Source: Mobula hypostoma
Lineage: Eukaryota
Direction of reading: 5' to 3'
Assembly (NCBI RefSeq): GCF_963921235.1
Contig: NC_086097.1
Coordinates: forward strand, 14,570,001 to 14,634,000
DNA: 64,000 nucleotides
Shown here one piece after another: positions 25,311 through 38,434 of this stretch (position 1 is its first letter; every line of letters starts with the position of its first letter). Position numbers and translations under genes: made by a program. A model generated the notes under the pieces. The model was not told the origin of the DNA. It did not search any database and saw only the letters and a program-made list of their open reading frames with translations.

Positions 25311-28086
25311 CTCTCCTCACATGCTTGTGAGTGCCAGGAGAGGCAGGCGGATTTGAGTATCAAAGGGAGAAGTATGGACCAGCAGGGACTTCTCAACCGG
25401 GCCACTGTGTCACTGTGTTGTGGGAAATACCAAACAAACAGCAAAATGAGGCCCACTGTGGTGGATGCCAGCTCGTGTTGGGTGTGCCAATGGTGTGAAG
25501 AAAAAGAAGCAGAATTTTAAAAAGGACCTCGCCTGTGGTGGTGTTGGAGGGACAGGATGGAGGAGCACTGCAGCGTTAATTTTACCCAGAATGTTTCTGA
25601 ATTATTGAAATGTGAGCCAAACTTAACTGCACGCTCAGCATTATTACAATCAGCATCACATCTCAGGTACGATGTAAACAGGCCTGCCTGCATCAATTCT
25701 GAAATAGCCTCTGTAGGTACGAATGACTCATTGATCTCAAATCAACCCCACAAGTCATCGACAACAAAGCACATCCCTAAAGAGGATCCTTCGACACACC
25801 AATTTAAACATTCTCTATTGTATTTAATTGCTCCCGCATACAAAATATTATTTTTCTAAAGAATAAATTGCATTTATTTAAGCGGCTTTAGTTCGGTGGT
25901 CAAAACTTTCTTTTACACTTTGGGGAAAGCTTACAAGTAGGCAGCTCTCCCTCTCTTTCTTCAGTATATTATCCCATTAGGGGGTCAGTAATGGCTTTGC
26001 AGAACGAAAGCCAACATTTTGGAACGACCACTTACAGCAGTTTAAGCACCCCCAACATCTCCTACGTTGATTTTACAATTTGTTGTTAGCGAGCTTTTTG
26101 CCTTTTATAGAAGAGGAGTTTCGATATCAGTGGGTTTCAGAATAGTACAGGAGGCAACAGTTTTGAAGAAAATCCCAGTCACAATAAATCTGGCAGAAGA
26201 TCTGTACAAGGCCAGCATTAGTAGAAACCTAGCACAGTGTCCCAAGGCTGGATTTCCAATCCAGCCTATGTGCGTAATACTGTAACGTAGCCTTGAGAAT
26301 AGCAAGGGGAACTAAGCCAAATAAAGCAACTCTAATAAACGTTTCCAGACCAAATCGTGACAGGATTAATACTGAAAAGGAGGGAAGGGAAAACAAAAAA
26401 AAAAGCAAGCCTGTAAAGATACTTTGACACTAAATCTTTCCAATTCTGTGTTGTGCTCGAGTGTACGCACTTCACAAATGGAGTGTGGCAACTTGGCTGC
26501 TGGGTTTCCTACCTTTTAACAATGCATACCTCAAAAAGTACTTCTGTATCCCCCGGGAGAGTGGGAGAAAATAAAAGTCGCTCTCAGAAAGATCCGCAGT
26601 AAAAATGAGTACAATGCAAAGTTAAACTTGTGATTTTAGATGTGTTTTTTAAAATAAATGGGCAGAAGTGAAGATTAAATAGTCAACAGATGCATTTGTC
26701 TGGCCTACTGAAAGCATCACATTATGTTCGGCTTATATCACCATTTTTAAATCAAAATTGTACCAAAGCCCCAGGAAGGCAATAGATGGCGGGGGGGGGG
26801 GGGGTCATAATTTTGATGTTACCTGAAGATGGGTCCACTCTCTTCCGGACTGTCTCATGAAGCAAGCAAGACTCTTCTCAAGTAGGAAGGTGCGAAAATC
26901 AAAGCGGGAATCACGAGAAAAAAAGAGGGAAGACTGCAAAAGCTGGGAATCACGGATTAGAACAGAGAGTGCTGGAGGTACAAGTCAGGTCTGTAGAGAG
27001 AACAAGACCCTTTATCAGAACTGCATGCTGATGAATGGCCTACAGCCCAAACATTAACTCTTTATTTTTTTCTGGGAAATGGGAGTTAAATCTACATGCT
27101 CTCATAATCTATCCCAGAATAGATTGTAAAACACAAGAAAGCAACTATACAAACATGGACAGAAGGCTTGAGGTGTGTCATGAAAGGAAAGATCTGTATT
27201 TATACAGGTCGAGTGCAACTAAAGATCATTTTGATAGAGCGGCGACTTGCTTCCTGAGGGAAGGGTGAGGCCAAGGACAAGCAGTCAGTCTGCAAATTAC
27301 ACCCAGGTCTTTCAGTAAACACCTCCACAGATGAAGGCTGGTCAAAATTTGTCTTTCTACCACACAAAAATGGATGTTTGATCACTTGTTACATTTACAT
27401 TTGTGACTTCTGCTAACTAAACATATTAAGGGATGATGTAGGGAGTCATGTCACAGCTCAACTATGACCTTAATGCTCAATAAGTTTGAGGAATTAAACT
27501 GCTCCGCTTGTTCCACACAGTCCTACCTCTGAACGTCTTTAAACAAATCTGGCCAGTAATGGGTTAAACATCAGTTGTTCACTGTTGCCAAGAAACGGAT
27601 GTTATCAGAGTTCAATTTCTGAATTGGTTTATTGCGTTTGTGATGAAAACTCTAAAAATGAAGAGTATTCGGACTCTAAGGCATTAACCTTGCCTCTTCC
27701 CTTTCAAAATCTGAAAGACCTGCTGTGAATTGGCAGCATTTTCTGTTTTTAATTTCAGGTTCCTAGCATGTACAATGTGCTTTTTTAATCTAGATTCTAG
27801 CCAGAACCAAAACTCTCTCAAATTCAAACTCAATCTTTTTCCCCTTTCAATTGATCAAACACCTTATCCACCTTGATAAGACACCACAGCTGCTATCAAT
27901 CCTGACGATGCAGAGAACAAGAGAGCTAACTGCGAGTGAATTACAGGGCTGAAAATTCAAATCAATTTAATTGCAGTCTTTAATGTGGCCCCAACCAGCA
28001 TTGAGGGAGGCTTGGAATACTACAGTTGGAAGAGAGCTGAAGATGGATAACACAACCTGGGATTGTATACAAGCACATGCAGCTAA

Positions 28087-28263
28087 CTGATGGTTAAAGC
28101 TTATAAGCATATAACAATTACAGCACGGAAACAGGCCATCTCGGCCCTTCTAGTCCGTGCCGAATGCTTACGCTCACCTAGTCCCACCGACCTGCACTCA
28201 GCCCATAACCCTCCATTCCTTTCCTGTCCATATAGCTATCCAATTTTACTTTAAATGACAATA
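28087..28263 (-). mobile_element. CR1 3' terminal fragment, same subfamily as 12211-12960
   Basis: Near-identical reverse complement of about 12795-12945. Confidence 0.85.
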
Positions 28264-28547
28264 TGGATGAACGCGAGCTCAATCAAACAGTTAACCTGGT
28301 CTCATTAAGCCCTGCTATATGTATCATGAGTCTGTTTTAAACGTAACAGTAGAGCTTACACATGAAACTCAAAATATAAATTAGTGATGCATTTTCCTGA
28401 TCAGTTTCCCTGAAATGGAAAAGAGGGGGGAAAGTGTGCAGCAGAAAAAGAAGCAGGGTTCAGATGGGCTGAATGGCCTGTAACTCACACACTCAAAACA
28501 AAAATCAAGATTATTAAAGATGGCCCATTTGATTTACCTGTCCAGGA

Positions 28548-28627
28548 CAGGGGTTCCCAACCTGAGGCCCACGGACCGCTCAGTTAATGATAGGAGACTG
28601 CGGCATAAAAGAGGTTGGGAACCCCTG
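28548..28627 (+). mobile_element. ~80-bp hAT MITE
   Basis: TIRs caggggttcccaacct / aggttgggaacccctg; degenerate TSD gtccagga / gtcaggga. Confidence 0.8.
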
Positions 28628-29186
28628 GTCAGGGAGGAAACTGACACTGTGGTAAAAAAACAGCCAAAGGGAGTGGTTCTTCCCTTTGTCTGTCCTTTAG
28701 TATCCACAGCGAGGGACAGCAGCCTCTGCTAAGTCAACAAGGCAGCTGAGATGTAAAACCCATTATCTGGGTAGAAGCATGTGCAAGTCCCTCAGCACAC
28801 TGCTGAACAGTTCCTTGTGTTGATTATAAAGTGAGCCCGGCAGTTTTGGAAGCATTGGAACTAACTAAATAAAACCAACAAGTAACTACTGTTTAAAAAG
28901 CCTTACTCAACTGCTGTAAGGATCTTGTAACTTCTCTGATTTTTCTAGCAAGCAGTTTACCAGAAACGAGTTGCAAGTCAAATCAAAAGTCAAAGCATAT
29001 TTATTATCAACTACTTCAGACCCATTTTCTTGCGGGCATTTACAGGAAAATAAAGAAGAACAATACACTTTATGAAAAACTATGCATAACCAAAGATTGA
29101 CAAACAACCAATGTGCAAAAGAAGAGAGACTGTGAAAATGAATAAACAGATAGATAGATAGATAGATAAACAAACAATAAATAGAC

Positions 29187-29290
29187 AACACACACAAAAT
29201 GCTGGAGGAACTCAGCAGGTCAGGCAGCATCTATGGAAATGAATAAACAGTCGCCGTTTTGGGCTGAGACCCTTCATCAGGACTGGAAAC
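29187..29290 (-). mobile_element. Penelope-derived short element with a mutated hammerhead, inserted in a Rex1-like 3' tail
   Basis: caacacacacaaaatgctggaggaactcagcaggtcaggcagcatctatgg...cagtcgccgttttgggctgagacccttcatcaggactg. Confidence 0.75.
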
Positions 29291-29569
29291 AGAGCAGGAG
29301 TTATAGAATCCTTGAAAGTGAGTCTATAGGTTGTGGAATCAGTTCAGAGTTGAGGTGAGTGCCTTACTTTATTTCAATACAGTTGAGAAATCTGCACTCT
29401 GTAACTCACCCTGCCGTCTCCGTCTTATTCCCAGCCCCTGTGCCTATGGTTGATGCCTCATTCCTTACCCTTACGTCTTGCATCCATCCCCTTTCTCCCA
29501 CCATAGCCTTTACTCACTGTTTCTGCCTTGTTCCCCAATCTCTCTGGGAAAACAGAGGAGCCAAATAAG

Positions 29570-29965
29570 TAACAACTCAGTAGTGGAACTCTCATCTCTG
29601 CCTTGAAAGCTTTCCGGTTCGAGTCGCACCCAAGACACTTGAGAGACAATCTTTCATCTTAAAGGGTACAGGATGCAAACAAAGTAGACGGGTACAGGAT
29701 GGAAACAAAGCAATGTTCTAGATGTTCGACTACAATAGGATGAGGGAATACTGCTTTGTCAATAGCATCAAATGAAGTGTTAAACTGTGTCCCTTCCACC
29801 TATAAGGGAGAAAAGGAAGCACTATTTTAAAGAGAAATGGCCCTGCCTGAGTCAATACTCACCCTTCTACCCACATCATAAGCCACAAACTGGTCATTAC
29901 TGCACTTCCACTTATGGGTGTTCGCAAGATGGTTGACATGCTTCCTACAACAGTGACCTCACTAC
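29570..29965 (+). mobile_element. Ancient DeuSINE (SacSINE1-like) remnant (second remnant at about 47765-48100)
   Basis: tRNA-like head (ggttcgagtc), gagggaatactgc...gttaaactg...gcactatttt...aagag...tggtcatta Deu-like core, and cttcctacaacagtgac tail. Confidence 0.45.
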
Positions 29966-30658
29966 TGGTATGACTATCGTAACGTGAGGCCAATCAGCCC
30001 ATCGACTCTCTGCTACCCTGCTGTAGAGCAAAACAATTCTTTTTCCACCCTTTTCATCATAGGCCTGCAACTTATTTCCACCACCATTCCAGGTGGTGGG
30101 TACAGATCATTACCACTCCCATGTGCAGTAAACATTTTCCTCTCATCACTCCCTTTCACTTCAAATCTTTGTCTCCTGGTCCTTGAAATTCTCAATTTGT
30201 CCTATCTGGAGCAGCCTTTGTATAACCTTCCTGCAACCCTCTTTTTTAACACGGAGAAAAATCCCAACATCTCCAGTCTCAGTTTATGGTTGAATTGGCC
30301 CATCCTTCGAACATTCCGTGCTCCCTCTCTTGGACTTTCACTTCCTTCCTAAATGGGGTGACTAGATATGGACGCAATAGTCCGGTTATTCTAGAGTTTT
30401 ATTAAGCATTTCAAGACATACCAAAATCATGAAGGGCAGCTTATGAATACAAAGATATCACTGTTTAAACCCACAATAAAAATATTTAATTTCCAGACTC
30501 TTAAATTGCTTTGCATTTTGTGGGCATTTTTTGTACCTACATCTTCTACCAAAATCAGTGTAAGAGGCTTCCTTGCGAACTCTACTGGACAACCTCCACT
30601 GATCCAAATCACTTCTAAAGGTTTTCTTCATCTTTTACATGGATCTACCATAACTTAC

Positions 30659-30703
30659 CAACTAACTGTGATGCCCAGGGAAATCCTAAGGTGGTAAAAA
30701 CCT
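30659..30703 (-). CDS. Candidate 45-nt cassette micro-exon of BCL11B (E-VFTTLGFPWASQLV-G)
   Basis: Minus strand reads attttactttttttt-ag|AGGTTTTTACCACCTTAGGATTTCCCTGGGCATCACAGTTAGTTG|gtaagt: T-rich tract, AG acceptor, consensus donor, length 45, stop-free in phase 1-1. Confidence 0.35.
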
Positions 30704-32098
30704 CTAAAAAAAAGTAAAATCTGCTTTGCCTATTGATCTCACCACTACTCCCAACCTTTATACCTGCATTTTGGACCCCTTCCCTATCTGCCCTGCATCT
30801 GGCAGCACTCCTCAACCCCTCATTATCCGAGCAGCCCATGCTCTAGGCATTAATTCTTTGTTAAATGAGATTTATTCTCCATATGAACATCGAAACACCC
30901 AGTGAAAATGCCTAGGTAGAAAAGTGCATGTCTGTACTCCCAGCTGGTCCAAGGTGAGTGGAGGAGCCTCCAGAACAAAGGTTCTCCCCCTAAGAGTGTA
31001 ACTTTCTGTCAGACAAAGTCAACTGGTGCGCAAACAAGCTTCAGTTTAAAAGGCACACGGCAGGATTCACCAAGAGCAAGTAATGAACATGAAGATATTT
31101 CAACACCGACGGGGAATTCTGGTACCAAGCTTCTCATAACCGCCTTCCAACAGATCAGGAGTGTGAAACTCACAGGTTAATCCCAATGTTTAAATTCACA
31201 TGGGTACAAATGAGAGATGGATAATAAACCTGAAAAATCCTTTCCCCTTCTGTATTACAAAGTTTGGAGCTTTCACTGTCACTAACAGAATGCATGCTGA
31301 CCTCCTACTTACATTTCTTCTCATTACTACCATCAGACAGGAGGTACAGGAGCCTGAAAACATACACTCAGTGTTTCAGGTACAGTTTCTTCCCCTTCGC
31401 CATCAGATTTCTGAACAGACAATGAACCCATGTACACTACTTCAGTACTTCTTTTTCTTTTTTTTTTGCTCTCTTTCTGCTCTGCTTATTTAACATATAT
31501 ATTTATTATAATTTATATATTTTTGTCATTACACATTGCGCTGTACTGCTGCTGCAAGACAACAAATTTCACAATGTATACCAGTGATATTAAAGCTGAT
31601 TCTGATTCTGAACAAAGGTGTTCTGACTCTTAGGAGATTTCCCAGCGGATTCCAATTAAATAATCATTCAATGTGCACACTTGCATATTCTCCAGTGGGT
31701 AGCCATCAAAAGTAGGAATGATAAATTCATGAAGTCATACAGAACCGAAAGAGGCCCTTCGGCCCATTGAATCCATGCTGACCACCCATTTCCACTAAAC
31801 CTCTTTTGTTCTCCCCACATTCCCTTCAACTCCTTCACTCATAAGCAGATAGGGGCATTTACACTGGCCAGATAACCCACCATCCTGCACAGCTTTGGGA
31901 TATGATAGGAAATTGGAAGGCCTGGTGGGAACCTGTTTTTCATTGTAATTTATTATTTTTTATTAGATGTTGTACTGCTGCTGCAAGGCAGTAAATTTCA
32001 TGACATTTGCTGGTGATATTAAACCTAATTCTAATTATGACATCTTCATATTAAACCTATGGAAATCCATTGAATGGTGCATTAAAAATATTCAGCGC

Positions 32099-32155
<57 letters not shown>

Positions 32156-32869
32156 TTGAGACATTCATGACACTTACTGTACTCACACAACAACCTGGTG
32201 ATGGCAAGTGACACAGAAGTCAGTGTACCATTTGGGAATGCAGACTACTGTCTGCAGTACAAAATGATTTGCCGTGATTAGTTCAATTGAGGAAGGAAAA
32301 AGATATAAGAGTGCTGTGTAAAAGTCTCAGGCACTTATATACAGCTAGAATACCTGAGTTTTACACAGTATTGTGGTAATTTTATGTATTGCACTATACT
32401 GCTGCTGCAAAAAAAATTCATGATAACACACACAAAATGATGGAGGAACTCAGCAGGCCAGGCAGCATCTATGGAAGGAAATGAATAAACATTTTGGGCC
32501 AGGACTCTTCTTCATATGTGCGTGATGGTAAACCTGATTCTGATATGGGGTCTCTATTGTGGACTGAGAGTGGGAAGGGGGCAGGGAGAGGGGAGTCGTG
32601 GTTGGGAAAAGGGGAAAGGAGTGGGAAGCACCACAGAGACATTCTGTAAGGATCAATAAAACAACTGTTTAGAATCAAATGGCACTGCCTGGTGTCTCAC
32701 GGCTGGGTGTGTCTGCACCCGTGCCACAGCTCCCCCACCTTTCCACCGGCAAACCTCTGCCACCTGTCCCACACCCCTCCCACAGTGCTCCACCCTCACC
32801 ATTCCCCAACATCCTTTGCTCCTGCCAGCCAGATCTACGAACTTGCTTTCCGCTCCACGCTGACAAGTA

Positions 32870-32935
32870 CAGTACTGTGCAAAAGTCTTAGGCACCCTAG
32901 CTATATATATAGCCTAAGACATATGGACAGTACTG
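32870..32935. mobile_element. Short Tc1-type MITE (degenerate second copy at about 32310-32373)
   Basis: TA-cagtactgtgcaaaagtcttaggc...gcctaagacatatggacagtactg-TA palindrome. Confidence 0.65.
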
Positions 32936-35900
32936 TATGCAGAAAGGAACAATGCAGTAATGCATTACAAGGTATGTTTTATTTCCCTGGTAACGGGAAC
33001 CTAACATAAAACAGCAGATTCTCAATGACGCTCAGTTGTACAGGTTTTAACCTCAGTTTTTATTTTAAAAATGCAGCGATGTTGAGAAAATTTGCTAAGG
33101 AACATCTCTGCTACTGGTGACCAATTATGTTAATTTTTAGGGTTTTGTTTAACCCGAAACTCTGGTTCTTCCATCAGGAAGAGAGAGGGAGGCAGTATGA
33201 CGAAATAGAGCAGTCAGGAAAGGCTAAGCAATTTCCCATTGCCCCTGTTCCCCTTCCTTCCCCACCAAACCCCTGACAACAGCTTCATGGGGAACACAAA
33301 GAATCGCAACCACTCCTCGACTGACACTAACACAATAAGGTTCAAGTGATATTACCCCAGCCAAACTTGTAACTGGCAGCGATGTTGTATAACGCACTGA
33401 AAGCCTTTATGTTAACCTGTCGAGATTGATATTCTGAAAATACAGCACACACACACAAAAAAAAGGCAATTCTGCACCAAGCCTGTAGCACACTACACAT
33501 TCTTATGACAGACTCTGCTGTCAAACGAAAAAAAATCACTGTTCAAGTATCAGGAAACAAATCCCATGGCTGAAGTCTAGGAAAGCGATGGTAGGTTACG
33601 TCCACCTCAGCTCTCAGTGCCTCAGATGATATATTCAGAATGATACCCAATTCCATACCATCTATAAAAGCTTTTATGCTGTTCGTTCGACATTGTCTAG
33701 CTTGCACATCAAGGCGTTAAAAATCACAGACTGCACATACTGGGAAAGATTTTGTTTTTGAACAGAGATTCTGCTGAATGGACCCAAGATTTATTCAATG
33801 TGAAAGATAGACATTTTGATTAAATGCATTAAGATCCTATTATCAAAGCTGCTATTCAAAACACAGCATCTAAGCAGTTAGAGCTTTAAAAATAATAAAA
33901 TTGTCCTTTGTGACACTGCAGTCAGATTCTTAATACCGGTTCTCCAAAGTCTCTGCTTTGGCACGTGTTGATTCGTTTCCAGCTAAGGAACTGGCCAGAA
34001 GTTCAGTGGATAAAAAGAACGCTAACTTATTAACATAAAGCAGTCCTACAGACTGAGGAATCCAGGCTGGGGAATCTGCAAACAATATTAATACAAAGGC
34101 AGGGAAGTTGTAGAAACAGATGAACTATACATAACACACGCAGGAAGGTACTTCTTGTATGCCAAGTGTTAGTGTATCGCAAACGCATTTATAAGGGACT
34201 AGGTTTACAATTCCATAGCATAGAGTGCAGAGGAAATCTTCACTTTACTTTTAGATAGAAGCCTTTTGAAGGCTCATGCATAAAGAAACACTTTGTTAAA
34301 CATCCTCCTCATTCGCACTATTCCTTCATCTCCCTGTTCTATCCGCACAAAATCAAACACAGCGTTTTTCCTCTTTAGTTTCTATGAATTATGAATACAG
34401 CTGTCTTATCCCGAAGTATATTTACAGATTTTCAAAAGTAGATAGTATCTTGTTAGATTGTAATAAATGGGGCCCAGGAGAATACTCTCAAGTCAGTCAA
34501 GGCAACCTCCAAACAATAGCTCCTTCCTCATTCAGATGCATGTCTTCAAAAAAATGTCGCAATTAAGGATGCTGCAAAGTACTTTTAGCAGCCGCTTTTC
34601 CTACTACAATTGAACTAATCACGACAAATCATCTTGCACTGCAGAAAGCTGGCTTGTCGGTTTACTTAACCCTCTCCAGTCTCCAGCTGCATATGGACAC
34701 AAGTCACAAAGAAGATATCCTACATCTTAATCGGATATTCCAATTAATGTCTTTGTGTTTTGCTTTATTAAGCAATAATAATTTTAATAATGAATACAGA
34801 CTGTAATCCTCTTTCATTTAAATTCCAAATGTTTTCTATAAATGTTTTCAATTATAGGAAAATTAACTTTGCAGGTTTGATTCCTGTAATTTTCTGACCA
34901 CAATGTAAGTGCATAATTTTAGATTTTATTTCTGATGACTCTTATTTTTTTTGTAACTGTTGATATTTTCTAGCTCCCCTACCACTAACAGTTCAAAAAA
35001 TGGAGAGAATGTTTCTTCACAGTTTCTGTGCACAGTTCAACACTTCTCAAATTCACAGCACTGTCCACGATATAGGATATATCCAAATCCTCTGTTATCC
35101 TAAAGATAGCAGACTCAGAATCAATTTCAGCATCCTATTATCCTTTAGGGCTGCAGTACAGAGATCCTGAACAGCATACCACTAACAGGGACACGAAACA
35201 TACCTGATTCTGGCGGGAATGAAACGAAATGAATTGGAAGGTGGGTTCACAAGAAATAGAGTGACAGAGCTATCATCAAACTCTCCTGGAAATTACAAGA
35301 TTTGCTAACACATTCAATCCAGTCTTGCCCTAGGCACTTAAGCAAGGCTGTACCCATGCTGCCCTGGATGGTAAGGCAATATCATCCCCATTGTATTCTT
35401 CCCGCAATGTGCATTAAAATGAATCTTTTCACCCTGTCCTTGACACTGCAATGCCTTTCTATTCAATCTGCCCTGAATATTAAGACATTGTCTGCATCTA
35501 GTACATTAACTCAATGTTTTAAATATTCAGTGGTACCCAAAAGATTAACATGTTCTATTTAACACTAACCTTGCATGTTATGAAGAATTTAACTTAGTGA
35601 ATTCAGTGCCATTTATTACAGTCAGCCAGTATTTTGCTCAATGTTTTTCAAAGATCTCCTGTGTATTACTGGCAGTAATTTACCGTTCATGACCTGTACA
35701 TTAAGGCAGTATTTTACCCTCTCTATTTCTTCCTGTATTGTATATCAAGGTGGGGTTTAAGCTGTTTTATTCAGGAGTATCCTGAGCAGTGATTTGCCCA
35801 AAACATGTAGGTATGGTACCTGCATGAGATGCATTTCACTGATGCACAGGGCAAGGTCTGTTTTTTTTCTACCGACACACAACTTGAATATGCGATTTTA

Positions 35901-35939
35901 AAAAATGGTTAGTTTTGCTGGATTTGAGTCACAGCTTTG

Positions 35940-36610
35940 CATATCATCTCTCTGGATCTTGATATTTCTGAGGACCTAACCTGATCTCAACATATCGACG
36001 CAGCAAGACAGCGGTTATATTTCATTAGGAGTGTGAGAAGATTTGGGGTGTTACCTAGAACACTCGCAAATTTCTCCCGATGTACCATGGAGAGCATCCT
36101 GACTGGCTGCATCACCCTCTGGTATGCGGGGGCGAGGCGGGGTGGGGAGAGTGGTGGCTACTGCACAGGATCGCAGCAAGCTACAGAGAGTTGTAAATTT
36201 AGTCAGCTCCATCATGGGTACTAGTCTCCATAGTATCCAGGACATCTTCAAGGAGTGGTGCCTCAGAAAGGCAGCGTCTATCATTAACGAACCCCACCCC
36301 ACCCCCCCATCACCCAGGACATGCCTTGTTCTCATTGCTACCATGAGGAAGGAGGTACAGAGTCCTGAAGCACACACTCAGCGATTCAGGAACAGCTTCT
36401 TCCCCTCTGCCATCCACTTTCTAAATGGCCATTGAACCCATGAACACTAACCACCTCACTACTTCTTAATTTATATTTTTGCACTATTTATTTAACTATT
36501 TAAATATATATACTCACTGAATTTCAGTATTTCCCCTTTGTTATGTACTGCTACCGCAAAGTTAACACATTTCATGACAAATGCTAGTGATATTAAACCT
36601 GATTCTGACC
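35940..36610 (+). mobile_element. Rex1/Babar-like LINE 3' fragment
   Basis: Translates to RRFGVLPRTLANFSRCTMESILTGCITLWY...DRSKLQRVV...CLRKAASII...HTQRFRNSFFPSAIHFLN; tail tattaaacctgattctga. Confidence 0.8.
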
Positions 36611-37099
36611 ATGTACTGCCAATACTAATCAGTTATGACTACAGCACAACTAAAGGCAGGGGCACAACAAAAGGAGGAATGGACAGCACACATTTGCAGA
36701 GAAGGTACAGGAGCAACGTCACACTCATACTAGGGTAAAGGTGGTCTGTAAGTACCCAGCAGAACAGACTGCCTCCACCCAGAATCACAGAGTGCCATTG
36801 TCTGACGTTCAGAATTTCATACGCTTGCACAAAGAGCTGTTTGCTCTCGGGGACCAGAGAGAAAAACCAGGTGTTTTTACTGAGCAACTACAGAGCCGCC
36901 AAACAGCAGCAAAAGAAAACACTGGCAGCAATTCCTGGGCTGCTCCAGACGGGGGAGGAAATTTCACCTTCTTTTAAAATCAACAGCCGAACAGTACAAA
37001 GGTCAGACCCAAACACAACAGATCAACTTTGCAACCCCTGATGCCAGCCAGCGGCACTCCCTTCACTTCCCTGGGCAACCAGGTCACAACAGCGCCAGA

Positions 37100-37397
37100 G
37101 CAACACACACAAAATGGCGGAGAAACTCAGCAGGTCAGCCAACATCCATAGAAGGGAACAAAGAGTTGACATTCCGGGCTGAGACCCTTCTTCAGGACTG
37201 AACCAGACCGTTATTTGACGTGTAGATGCTGGAAATCCAAAGCAACACATATAAAAATATTGGAGGAACTCAGCAGGTCAAGCAGCATTGATGGAGAAAG
37301 AGTAAACGGTGAAGGTCTCGACCCGAAACGTCGACCGCTTACTCTCTTCAAATGATGCTGCCTGGCCTGCTGAGTTCCTCCAGCATTTTGTGTGTGG
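37100..37397. mobile_element. Two tandem Penelope-derived short elements: one with a mutated minus-strand hammerhead (37163-37200) and one palindromic (37243-37397)
   Basis: The arm caacacacacaaaat(g)ctggaggaactcagcaggtc occurs twice. The second is closed by the inverted arm gatgctgcctggcctgctgagttcctccagcattttgtgtgtg. Confidence 0.75.
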
Positions 37398-37848
37398 CAA
37401 GGTTGGAGTGCACCTTTCACATTGCGATATCTTAATATTCAATGAAAGGGAGAGTACTGGCTGGAGAGGGAAGTTGGAAAAAGAGGGGAGGGGGAAGAGA
37501 GCAAGTGGGATTGCATGGAAGGTAAAGGGTTACTACACGGTCCATGTATGGAGCAACTGTATACAGTACTTTTGGAAAGGGAATGTAATAATGTAAAATA
37601 CAACAACAACATTACACTCCAGGCAGTGAGTGGGTCTTGCACAATTGCTGCAATATCAATCGGTCAGTCTAATGCAGAGAAATCCATCCTTGATAAACTA
37701 ATGAAGAACTTCAGTCAGAATATCAATTCACCCTGCGTACTGGACTTCCTGATAAGTAAGCAAACTATTGAGATCTAAACTTAAGTAAAAATTTTGTTTT
37801 TCCAGAATACTAATCATTACGTTTCAAGTCATGGATTGACAGAGAGGA

Positions 37849-37854
37849 ATGTGT

Positions 37855-37910
<56 letters not shown>
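37849..37910. repeat. (GT)n microsatellite (others: (CA)n at 32099-32143, 54308-54336, 56806-56832 and 62414-62483; (CT)n at 42737-42765)
   Basis: Directly visible. Confidence 0.95.
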
Positions 37911-37912
<2 letters not shown>

Positions 37913-38434
37913 CTTTGCCCATTTGTGAAACACATTCCACACACTTCATTCTTTTTCAAAACTCTGGGATTTGACTGCACATTTCAATTTCCTTGAGGTT
38001 TGCTGTGGGTTCGAACTAATAATACACTACCAATAAATCACCTAGATCACATGATGACCAGATCACACTCTCATAATCAACGTCCCCCCCCCCATCACCC
38101 CCGTTACCTCCCCAAGTCTCTCACCCACCCAGTATATGTACATCCCTCCAGACAGGGCCTCTCTTTTCCCGGGCTCACTTCCCAGAAACCCCTGAGTCAC
38201 TTTTTCCGACATTAATCCCTGGCTACTTACACTTAAAATACTGGAACCATCATCTACTGGGTCTGGCTCAATTTTCTATTCCTGCATAACTGTGTGTCTG
38301 ATAGCACTCTTCAGCCACTTGACATGTGCAATGGCAATTTGTATTCATAAAATAGTCAGCACGTCTTGCACAAAACTGAAAATGAGTTTTTTTCTCTGCT
38401 ACTGTGAAGGCTTTATTGCTCTACTTGTAACCAA

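Noticed and set aside
30645..30839. A longer (~200 nt) exon-3 equivalent spanning the whole 64-aa ORF
   Set aside because: I found no phase-1 acceptor with a pyrimidine tract at the ORF's 5' end, and no resemblance to the mammalian exon 3 peptide; only the 45-nt version was retained.
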